Part shown: piece by piece, positions 40,422 through 50,898 of the stretch
How the letters are laid out: each line of letters begins with the position of its first letter
Numbering within the stretch: the stretch's first letter is position 1
Assembly: GCA_001662655.1 (NCBI GenBank)
Contig: KV460214.1
Strand: one strand, 5' to 3'
Length of the DNA stretch: 64,000 bases
Source: Pseudogymnoascus verrucosus
Lineage: Eukaryota
Notes under the pieces: model-generated
The model's database searches: none
Seen by the model: the letters and a program-made list of their open reading frames with translations, nothing else
Told to the model about the DNA's origin: nothing
Program-made: the position numbers and the translations under genes

Positions 40422-43400
40422 ATGGTGTTTGACCCTCTGTCGCCCATCGCGCCAGCGAGGGTCAAGGCGTTGATACTGCCCCTTGGACAAGTGAAAAGAG
40501 CACACTTTGAGACATTTATCCAACGATTATACCCCGAAAATGTCGTTCGACTGGGGGACATTAGTCCCGATCGGCGACCTGATAGAAGTAAGCCTCAGGA
40601 CGATGGAAGAATAACCCTTTTCAGCTGCTGACGATCATAGACATGTTCTCCCCACTGGCCTTTCCAGCTGGCATGATAGTTTATGACCTTACGACTTCAC
40701 TCCCACCGGCTTCGCACCTCGCCTTAGCCCCCTTCGAATTATACCGCGCCCCGCTTGTTATTCTTGCGATTGCGGACGGCTCCGAACTCAATCATGTATC
40801 AAATAAAGATAAGGACGGGAACGAAACTAATGGATACGATTACCAGACGCATTTACAACATATTCGAGATTTAGACCAAGAGCTGGAGACTATCAGGGAC
40901 CAGTATCCGAAAGCCTTGGTGCACCAGGCCCTTCTGTTTGATTATCACCATCAAAAGGAGTCTCCAGCATTGCCTGATGTCTTCATACCCGTGCCTTCTG
41001 TTAAGAGGTCTACTATAACGACGATGAAGACAGTCATGTGTGATTTGTCTTCTGTTTTACTGGGTGAGATGACTACAATGGCTAAGTCATTGCAAGGGAT
41101 GGCTATGATTGAATCACCAAGTGTGGTTCTAGATGGGAGGCAAGGCCCCGGGTACTCGTGGTCAAATGGGGATAGTGGGACTATATCGAGGCGGGCTTCT
41201 CAATATGGTACCCCTGATACGGATTCTCGATCAGCGACGCCAAAAGTTGATAGGAGCCAGGTCCGCATGTCCATGCCTGTACGGTTCGGCTCACAACAGG
41301 GAGAGCACTTGCGCTCGGCATCTGTGTCACGCCCAACAACACCCGGTGCAGGACCCAGTACACCAAGTGATGGCATCTCAAGTGCCATGAGCCCTCCTTT
41401 AAGTCGGTCTAATAGTGTCGCGGACAAGATTCAAGATCAAAGCCGCGACCGTATCTCGACACAAGGTTTTGGATCAGGTAGCCTCAGCGAGAGGTCGAGA
41501 AATAAAGGGAAAGGTCGCGTTTCAATAGCAATTGGAGGTTTATACCTCCAGGCTGGTCGTTGGCAAGATGCTATGAAAGAATTGGTTGAGGGCGCATATA
41601 TTGCTAAGACCAACAATGATCATCTATGGCATGCTAAAGCCCTTGAAGGACTTGTAGTTGCAATGATTATGCTTGCTTGGATTGGCTTAGACTTTCAGAT
41701 TCCACAGCTCTGCTACATCGTGCCCGAAAAATCGACAACCCCAACGACACCTGGAACACCAGGAGAGCAGAATACCCCCGAGACAATCAACCGGTTAGCA
41801 GCTCTACAGAATCTCTCTGCACTTCTCCCAGAATTGCTGGACAGAATACTCAACCTGTATGAGCGCGCATCAAATTTCACTGGCGAGTCGTTACCGCAGC
41901 TCCCGTTCTCCGAGTCTGCGATTCGATTTTCGAAGCTCCTATCAGCCGTGCATCTTGCCGGAGGTAGACTCGACGATGGCTCTTTGCAACTTGTGGTCGT
42001 AGGCACCCCGTTCTTTGCCAAACCTAATACCCGAACTCCACGATTAAATATTCACCCAGCTCGATCAGTAATCGTTACTACCTTATTTCGGGCATTTCCG
42101 TCATCAGCCGCGGCGAAGGAGCTTTCGCTAATCGATCGTACTGTCATATTGGCTGGCATTGCGTCTGTTCTGGGGTTTCTTGGTTACGATAGAAAGAAGG
42201 CTATGGTGATGCGGGAACTGGTTTCAATCCTTATTCCCGGGCTTGTGAGTGCTAGAATTGCAGGCGCAGCGGAAATGGGTATACACCCTGCGGCGGGACT
42301 GGCTGCGCTGAGCCATATTAATGGCAATACGACTGGGGCTGGTGCTTTAGATCTTGGTGAAGGTGATGTTGAAACCGGCATGGATGCACTATTAGGCCTA
42401 GTTGGAAAAACATACGGAGTAGTGGGCTTCCCATCCTCGCCGAGCGGTGATGCCGAAAATGGCGATAAGGCGTGTGATGACTCGGATGAAGCTGTTGTGG
42501 CACGCATAATGGAGAACACAGCTGCACGCCAATTTGGAGGAAAATCGATGAAGATGAATGTTCTTCGGGCCTGCATTGGCTTCTGCGAAGCACTCCCTGA
42601 TTTTCAAGGTGTCCTTAGATTCAGTGCCGATTTACTGCGGACAGCTGGGACGGGAATAGCACCAGGACCTCGTACGGAGAATGCGTCGCCGATGATGTCG
42701 AGGGACGAACAAGTCCGACTGTCTATCAATATTTCGAGGACGGTCGATGCCGCTGCTAAAATCGGGCTGCAAAATTTAGAGGCCGAGTATTGGGACGAGT
42801 TCTTAGTACGTGGCGTCGAGCTTGAAGCCCTACCAGCTTCTCGCACGCCGAACCCACACCGGAGCTCTGATCTTGGAGGGACGACAAAAGCTGCAGAAAC
42901 TGGAGGGAAGAACCCATTTATTTATAATCCATTTTTGAAGAGGCCAAACGCCGAAGCGGTGGAAAGGCTTCTGGTCTGTGGCGAGAGCGCCACCTTCAAA
43001 GTCACCCTCCAGAACCCATATGAGTTTGAGATAGTGATCGACAGGATCCGCCTTGAAGCTAATGGAGGCGATTTTGAATCAGCGGCGCAAGAAACCGTAG
43101 TTGGCCCTTACCGAACACAGATTCTGAACGTTTCAGGGACGCCTCGAGCAGCAGGATCATTTAAGATCACAGGCTGTATCGTCAAGCTCAGAGGTTGTAG
43201 GGAACGCAGGTTCCCTATCTTCTTAGAGCCATGGTCGCCTCTCTCAGATATAAAGGTAAAAGCCTTGGGTCTTGCAGTGCAGAGAAAGAGAGAGGAACGC
43301 CCAGTATCGGATGCATCTTTATCGAAACGTCCGGCTATCGACCCACGCCTGCCCAAGCCATCATCTTTATCATTGACAGCAATCGCTCCGCAGCCAATCG

Positions 43401-44854
43401 TTGTGATCACCTCCACCAGCTTTTCTCAAGCAGCCGCTATGGTTCTTGAAGGGGAACGTCAAACATTCTCTGTTACACTCAAGAACCTTTCAACAACCAC
43501 CCCCGTTGACCTATTACTGTTTTCCTTCCAGGATTCCACCCAAGGGCCTCTTCAGACGGCCCTTAGCAAACGCGATGCTTCGCCTGCTGAACTGTACGAA
43601 TACGAGCTTATACTTTCCCGAAAGGCCGCATTGCGGTACGTAAAGAGGGAAGGAGAGAGCGATGAAATATACATACCTCCTGGTGGCACGAAGACGGTCG
43701 ATTTTGAGGTTCTTGGCAAGCCAGGCTTGACAAGCGCGGCTGTGCTAATTGATTACGCACATCTTGGCCAACCAGCCAACAAAGTGAAGGGCGCCTTTCA
43801 TACAAGACAAGTTAGCATGCCGATAACGGTAACTGTCAACGCAGGAGTCGAACTCTCTCGCATCGACCTTGTACCATTGGGCCACGACATCCCCAGCAAC
43901 CTCTGGTCCCTGTGTGGCGAAGCTGCTAAGGAAGATACCGAGGACATCGACGCACGAGATTATTGCCTGCTAGTGCTAGATCTTCGCAATGCCTGGCCAG
44001 CACCTCTCCGGGCCAGGCTTGAAGTAGGTTCAGGCCGCTCCGTTGAAGAAGAAATCCTGCCCGGCAGCACTTCAAGGGTTGTGTTCCCTATAAAACGAAT
44101 TCACCTCAACGACCCGCACAAAGCCATCCCAGTCCTCGACCCAGCTAGACAGCGCCAGTTCGTAGTCAGCTCCGGCCGCATATCTGTCGACTCCGAGAAG
44201 GCCAGCCGCGAAGCCTTCTGGTACCGCGAGGAGATCCTCCGTTCCCTCAGCGGCACCTGGCGCACCACCTCCGGCATGGAACGGAAGGGTGTTATCGAGC
44301 TTCGCGGCATGCGCCTCGTGCCGCGCACGATTGATGCGCTCAAGATCGAAGACGTGGGCATCAGTTTGCGCGTCAATGGCGCGCCTCTAAGTCGCACACC
44401 ACGGACAACTGTCGAGGTCGACGACTTTCTGCATCTCGTCGTTACTATCAGCAACCGCTCCGCTACGCCTGTTTACCCCCTGCTCCGACTGCAACCTAGT
44501 CTATGTAACCAGGTGTACGGGCACGCGCTGGATCTCTCCAAGAAAGTGGTCTGGGACGGGACGCTGCAGCGCACGCTGCCGGTGCTGGCTGCGCATGGGA
44601 CAACAGAAGTGCGTGTTACGATGACGGCGCTGTGCAAGGGAGAGTTTGAGGTCGGGGCGTGTGTTGAGGAGACTAGGTTGTGGGGCGTGGAGAAGGAGAG
44701 GGGAGATTTTGGGAATAGAGAGAAGGTTGGAAGGCAGAGAGCTGGGACTGAAGCTATGATGGATGCGTTGCTTGGTGCTAGGGAGAGGAGGGTGTGGTAT
44801 GCGAGGGAGCCGCTTGGGTTGCGGGTTGTTGATGCAGAGAGTGATGAGGAGTAG
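40422..44854 (+). CDS. TRS120: TRAPP II complex subunit Trs120 (HypA-like), 2 exons
   Basis: DPLSPIAPARVKALILPLG, LGDISPD, NMFSPLAFP, LYLQAGRW, NDHLWHAKALE, AEYWDEFLVRGVE, NPFIYNPF, LQNPYEFE; intron 40588-40640. Confidence 0.96.
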
Positions 44855-45041
44855 TGGCAGTTTATATGTGAATATGTATATGTAGATAGACGAATAGACG
44901 ATATAAGCTTTATTCCTGATGAGAGAGAAAGGTTATTGTGAGTATAGATGAGATTCTATAATGTGTCATAAAGTGCGCCAACAATGCTGTTTCGTATCTA
45001 ACCATCCCCATCATATCCCAAATATACAAACCTCGGAAGTA

Positions 45042-46392
45042 TCAACCCATGGGCATGCTTCCAGGCATCGCGTACTCCTCTCCCCTTGTCATCCTCCTCC
45101 TCCTTCTCACCCCGCCCATACCTTCCAACTCATCCTCCTCCACCGCGTCCCTCTCCCATTGCCTCGCCCTCTCCCTCTCAGCCTTTTCCTCCGCTTCCCT
45201 CTCCACCTCCCTCCTCGCCTCAGCCATAATCCCCCTCTCCACCTCCTTCGCTGCCATCTTCGCCTCCTTGCGACTCATGCTCGCCCCCGGCGCCGTCTCC
45301 GGCGTGTCCTCCCCACCCCTCGTATTCTTCTTCCTAGGCCACAGACTCGGCAGCGCGATCTCCTGGAAGCGCGGCTCGACGCAGCGCTCGTCGAACCAGT
45401 CATGTAGACGTTTCTCGACGAGGCTGGCGATCTTAGGGACGTCTTGGAGGCGCGAGCGCGAGCCGACTAGACTGCGGATTGAGAAGTCGAGGCGGTAGTC
45501 GTCGAGGAAGGAGAAGGCCATTGTGGTTGCGGTGTTGTGCGCGGGGGAGGAAGAGGAGGGGATGAAGGACATGGAAAGTGTTCCCGAGAAACGGACAACA
45601 CTCACGGCGAGTGCGACGGGGAGGATGGCAGTGAGGGGTTTGGGGTAGTTGAGGAGGAGCTTGGTTTCAAGGGCGAGGGTTATGAAGTCGGAGAGGTCGA
45701 CGTCCATGCGTGCTTGTAGGCGTTTCGACTCACGCCCTGAACCGTGGGGCGCGGAGGTTGCGATGCCATCGTCGTCAACTGGAATGACACGGCAGTTGCT
45801 GAAGATGGGGAAGTCTTCGCCGAGGCTGAGTTCTGTGACTTTTATCTCGTCGAGGAAATCCGGCCGAGAAGCCCCGTTCAGGGCGCGCGTCAACGAGGTA
45901 AGAATCGCGTCGTCGTGCTGTGCATCAGCGCGGAACTGGGCAATAGTTTGCGCAATCAGGACATTGAACCAGTCGAGCGACTCAGGTTGGTGCGCGTCGA
46001 CATTATAGTATGTTTTTGAGAGGATGGTGCCTATCGTAAGAGGCGGCGGGTTTCGGAGCGCGGAGGAACGCTTGCGGCTCAGGTTCTGGGTGTGCGAGTG
46101 TGAATGCGCAGAAGGTGGGCGTAGAGATAGGAGCGAGCGTTTATGTGCAAGTGTGCGGCTGCGGCGCTCGGTGGCACGGAGGGCGGCGGTGAGATCGGGA
46201 GAGGGCGGGTCGCCGAAGATAAAGAATTTGATGAACGCGCCGATGAGTATTACGATGGAGAGTTGGCCGAGGAGAAGGCCCTGGGTGAATGATAATCTGT
46301 ATAGAGTTAAATATACGCGTGGCGAGTGTGGGATATGATAGGAGAGGTGCTTACGAGGATTCATGGTGTATAGGGGCGGTGTTCGTCGACAT
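45042..46392 (-). CDS. MMM1: ERMES subunit Mmm1 (SMP lipid-transfer domain), 2 exons
   Basis: [13 protein letters not shown]...FIKFFIF TM helix, [69 protein letters not shown]; intron 46354-46297. Confidence 0.97.
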
Positions 46393-46784
46393 TGTGCGGG
46401 GGGATCAATGCCTAGCTCTCAAGGGCATTGCAAGCTCCTTGGAGCGCCGATGGATATGATAGGCAAAAGCGCCCAAGAAATAATAAACCGCACCTGATAT
46501 AAGCTCCAGGAAGCCGTATTATTCTGAAATCTGCCTTTACTTCGATGGGCAACTATGGGCAGCTTCGGATATGCTGTTAACTTTTTTACAGCCTCGCGAC
46601 TCCAACGTCATCCGAGCTTGGTCGATGTTTCCCGCTCACGGGCCGTGATTGGCTTAGGACCCATTTACACCTGACAGAGGCCACAGCCTCGGCATTCAGC
46701 CTCGTGTATAATTATCAATCCAGGTCGCGTGACTTGATTTGACGTCCGTCGTTGAACTCGACGACGACGACGAAGAAACGTCCG

Positions 46785-48008
46785 ATGGCGACACTCCAAC
46801 TGCTCCGTCAGCCTAATCGCCAACATGTCGCCCTGTTCCAAGCTGTACGGTCTTCGTCGACGCCAACCTCGCTGCTCTTAAAGCCTCAGTCCGTTGCATC
46901 ACGGTTCTCTAGGCAGACCAGGGCAAATCTCTGGACATGCTCTAGCATATCTTCAAGAACGCCCTCTGTCACATCATTGAAGCTATCTAATGGGTGAGCT
47001 ACCTCTTGGCTATTTGCATCACTATCTTGGTGGGAGTTTGGCACTAATTTCCCCCGACTTAGATCATTTACTCCCAGGCTCGGCCTGTACCGGAACTACT
47101 CTTCGGAGCCAGAAAAGAAGCCGCAAACCTCGGAAAGGTAAATCAACTGCTACTCTCCAATATATTCGGTGGAATACGCCTCTCTGAAATGGCCCTCTTC
47201 CCATCTCAATCCCACCAGAACGCAATTCGCCTGGACCCCCTACCCTACCCCCACATGAAATCACATGACACCCAACACTCGCTAACGCCTCTCCAGCAAC
47301 GATCCGTCTCCAAAGGGTCTCAAGCCCCTGAAATCCAACGTCGTCAAGGCCTTAGCGCAACTCACGCCCCACGAGAACATCTATACGATCCCCAACTTCC
47401 TAACCCTGACACGCCTCATCGCCGCCCCCATCGTGGGCTACCTCGTTCTCAACGACGCGCACGCCTGGGCTCTCGGGCTCTTCGCCTACGCCGGCATCAC
47501 GGACCTCGTGGACGGCTGGATCGCACGGAAATGGAACCTCCAGACCGTGGTGGGAACCATCATTGACCCGCTGGCCGACAAGATCCTGATGACCGTTCTG
47601 ACTGTCACGCTGGCGATGCAGGGGATGCTGCCTGTGTGGCTCGCGTTCATCATTTTAGGCCGCGACGTGGGGCTCGGGATCTCTGCGATCTACTACCGCT
47701 GGATTAGTCTGCCGCCGCCGAAGACGTTTACGCGGTACTGGGATTTCAGTCTGCCGAGCGCGGAGGTCAGGCCTACGACGATTAGCAAGTATAATACGGC
47801 ACTGCAGCTCGGGCTGATTGGAGCAACAACGGCGATGCCGTTAATACCGTTTGAGTTGGGTGCGACGATGACGGGGTTTCAGTATTTGGTTGCGGCGACG
47901 ACGATTTGGAGTGGGGCGAGCTATGTGTATAGTAAGGATGCGGTGAAGATTCTAAGCCAGAAGAAGGACGAGAAGAAGGATGAGACGAAGGAGGATACGA
48001 AGAAGTGA
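46785..48008 (+). CDS. CRD1: Cardiolipin synthase (CDP-alcohol phosphatidyltransferase), 3 exons
   Basis: Presequence-like exon 1; HENIYTIPNFLTLTR, CDP-AP motif DLVDGWIARKWNLQTVVGTIIDPLADK, RYWDFSLPSAEVRPTTISKYNT. Confidence 0.94.
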
Positions 48009-48572
48009 GTGTTGCAGAGGCAAAGGAACGATCTTGTATTATATGGCATTGTACATTGGACATTGTAAGGCGTGGATGGTATTATAGATATTATTGCATA
48101 GAAAGGTTTGGCGATCAAGATATCTCTCATGGCATGATGGGAGCACATTTATGGAGAATAAGGGACCTGATACGATAAACAACTCGAGTTCTGCTTTTGT
48201 GTGGGGAGGTCACTATTCTTCCTATTGCCGGGTTACCTTGCATTCTTTGTGAACAAGAGACCAGAGGAGTATTATCAATGTAGTGCAGAGCCCACACCCG
48301 CAGAATCCTAACGGGTCCCCTCTCACCCTTTCCACCACCGTCCCACACTCTCTGCTTCTCACTCCTTCGCCGACCGTGCCCTCGTCAACCTGAGCCTTCA
48401 TCAATAACACCAATTACCCAGCCTTCTGTGCCCTCGCGTTCTAAACATTGACCGTTGCATTCGCGCATTTTGCGAGCGAATGGATCATGCTCCAGTTATC
48501 TGAATGGGATTCTCCGACTGTGGGACCTGTAAGTGCCAGTATATCGACTATAGTTTGGATGGTACCATGTTG

Positions 48573-49844
48573 CTACATATAGGGGTTTGTAGGTGGGTAA
48601 GGCCCCTGCTGGAAAGATGCTTGCTCCGGTGCTCTGTCTGAGTTTGGGTCTGGTGTCTGCGAAAACGTTGAAGGCATCTCGAAGTCTTGGTCTTCACAAT
48701 TTCCGGGCCTCATATCATACCCAAGTGCAGGCATGCTAGCATAGCCCATGGGATTGTATGCGTCAAATGCAGGCATAATAGCATTGCCCATGGGATTGTA
48801 CGAGTCAAATGCAGGTATGCTAGCATCGCCCATAGGATTGTATGCGTCAAATCCAAGCATGCCATCGTCGAATGCAAGCTTGTCATCGTTAAATTCAGGC
48901 TTGTCATCGTCAAATGCAAGCATGCTATCGTCAAATGCAAGCTTGTCATCATCAAATTCAGGCTTGTCATCGTCAAGTGCAGGCAAGCCAGCGTCACCCA
49001 TGGAATCGTACTCGTCAAGTGCAGGCGTGTCAGCGTCACCCATGGAATTCGTGTTAAGTGCAGGTATGCCAGCATCGCCCATGCGATTGTGCGGGGAACG
49101 TGGGTAACTCATGTCGGCAGAAAGCTCGTCTGCTTTGAAATCTCGACTATCATCACCGGCTGGTATCCCGTAAATTTTCTCAGAAATCTCTCGTCGGATT
49201 CGTAAGGTAGATAATTTGGGGTCCTTTGAAGGTATTTGAAGTTTCCCTTTTCCCACTTCATCACCAGCACTGTAATATGAAACCAAATGGTACGTCTGTG
49301 GGCCAATTTTGAAGCGCATCGTTTTCTTAAGAAGCTGATCGTCAACGAAGTCACCATCGCTCATTAAGAGTCCAATAGCACTCTTTTCGAGATCAGCCTT
49401 GGGTTGTGGCAGCGTATCATGTCTGGCCGTATCATAGTCCATTGGAAACAACTCGTCATTGCTTTTCGTATTGGTAGCCTCGCTTATATGGTCCTGGGAG
49501 GACCGCGTCGCTTCTTTGGATGTCGGCGAGGGTTTCAACTCGACAGCCCCTTTTTGCGTCGTGGGCGTTAGTTGCCGATACAGGAAACAATGATCGCTTT
49601 TTCTGTCTCGTGTCCAAGTTATGCCATCTAACCAGCGTACAATACCGGTATCCCTCTCCTCGTATATAAAAATATTTCCTCTTCGAGGGAGTTGCGCTCT
49701 TTCTTCTTTAATGGGCCGACGAGATACAAGGCCGATATTGCCACGGAGGCAAGCTTCAACAAGGACCATTCCGTCGTTTGCGGAAACAATAATCCCATGA
49801 TATGAGGGCTGGACGGCGGAAGGCAAGGTGGCCTTGTCCTCCAT
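48573..49844 (-). CDS. Divergent Gti1/Pac2 (WOPR) family transcription factor, intronless, with acidic repeat C-terminus
   Basis: WOPRa-like PSYHGII...LVEACLRG...VSRRP...ER...GNIFIYEE..TGIVRWLDG..W...FLYRQL and WOPRb-like LLKKTM...YHLVSYY. Confidence 0.88.
   Translation of the reverse strand: MEDKATLPSAVQPSYHGIIVSANDGMVLVEACLRGNIGLVSRRPIKEERAQLPRRGNIFIYEERDTGIVRWLDGITWTRDRKSDHCFLYRQLTPTTQKGAVELKPSPTSKEATRSSQDHISEATNTKSNDELFPMDYDTARHDTLPQPKADLEKSAIGLLMSDGDFVDDQLLKKTMRFKIGPQTYHLVSYYSAGDEVGKGKLQIPSKDPKLSTLRIRREISEKIYGIPAGDDSRDFKADELSADMSYPRSPHNRMGDAGIPALNTNSMGDADTPALDEYDSMGDAGLPALDDDKPEFDDDKLAFDDSMLAFDDDKPEFNDDKLAFDDGMLGFDAYNPMGDASIPAFDSYNPMGNAIMPAFDAYNPMGYASMPALGYDMRPGNCEDQDFEMPSTFSQTPDPNSDRAPEQASFQQGPYPPTNPYM
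48720..49090 (-). repeat. Coding tandem array: ~42-bp units flanking 21-bp units arranged as a 63-bp higher-order duplication
   Basis: Protein units like YNPMGDASIPAFDA (about 6) around FDDDKPE/FDDDKLA/FDDSMLA heptads; recurring + strand DNA such as GCTTGTCATCGTCAAATGCAAG and CCCATGGGATTGTA. Confidence 0.9.
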
Positions 49845-50084
49845 CCTGAGTATAACCTCGTTTCTCAGATAGGCCTAGCAAGGATAATGATAGCCCGCGA
49901 GTTGCGAAAGAAGTTTTCAAGTGCCAAAATGATATTTTGTTGTTATTCAGTCTCGAATTCTCCAGTTGGTGAGCTGTTGATAGTTCAAGTTTGCCAAACC
50001 AAGCATAGCGAATAATATATTTCCGTGGAAGGCCATACTCAGATGATGAAGTAAGCAGGAGCGATGAAGCAGTGTAGCTAGTAG

Positions 50085-50345
50085 TTGAGGAAGGCACGAT
50101 TCTGGCATGAGTTAGGGCTAAGCTGGGTAGAAGAGGAAATAGCAAGAGTTAATGGGAAGGCACGACCGCGACATGATTCGAAGCCGACCTGGCCAGATGA
50201 GGAAAGAACGGGGGTAATTGGAAGGCACGACACCGCCATAGGCCGGACCAAAAGAGGAAAGAACAGGAACGATATGGCCATAAGCCAGGCCAGAGTTGGC
50301 TAGAAGAAGAAAGGGCGACGGAGTCAATGGGAAGGCACCGCATTT
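50085..50345. repeat. Degenerate ~65-bp purine-rich repeats upstream of the WOPR gene
   Basis: GGAAGGCAC at 50089, 50155, 50220 and 50330; three copies share TGGxxAGAxGARGAAA...AATKGGAAGGCAC context. Confidence 0.7.
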
Positions 50346-50898
50346 TCCGGAGCTAAAGAGGCTGTCAAACCGTACCGTTTGAAGACCTGGTTCCAGGCCT
50401 AGCCATTGAGGTCTTGAAGCATTCTGAGAATGTTCAGTGCTCCATTCTGTCACCAAAGCAACAAAAATGGATTAGAAGGAATGCTTTATATTGCATAATT
50501 TGTGCCTACCACGAATAAGAGCACTAAACACTCAAATTCCGTTCCTATCCTAGCATTATTAGGGCATATAACGTAGCAATTATGGTTCTCTATTCGACCC
50601 GCATTACGGATGCGGCTCCGAGATTTTATGTCGACGCCCATAAAGACTGTTCTAATAAATATCAGCTTCAGAGACTAATGGACATTATACGCGAGCCAGT
50701 GTTCTAGAGAGACACTCGTACCTGATAATCTCTGTTCTTCCTCATGACGATCATGGCCACTCACCTATCATTTCCGACTCTTGGCACCCCTCCTGGCGTA
50801 TTTATCGGACCAGCAGCGAGCCTGCCAGTGACCAGCTGAGTGCTTGCGAATAGGATCAGAGTAGCCCAGTGAACATCTTCTTCCAACCCACAGCCTAG

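Noticed and set aside
46297..46364. MMM1 start at ATG 46364 reading through the intron, as in the ORF track
   Set aside because: The canonical GTAAGC...CAG intron with upstream ATG 46392 is the simpler model; an alternative isoform is unsupported.
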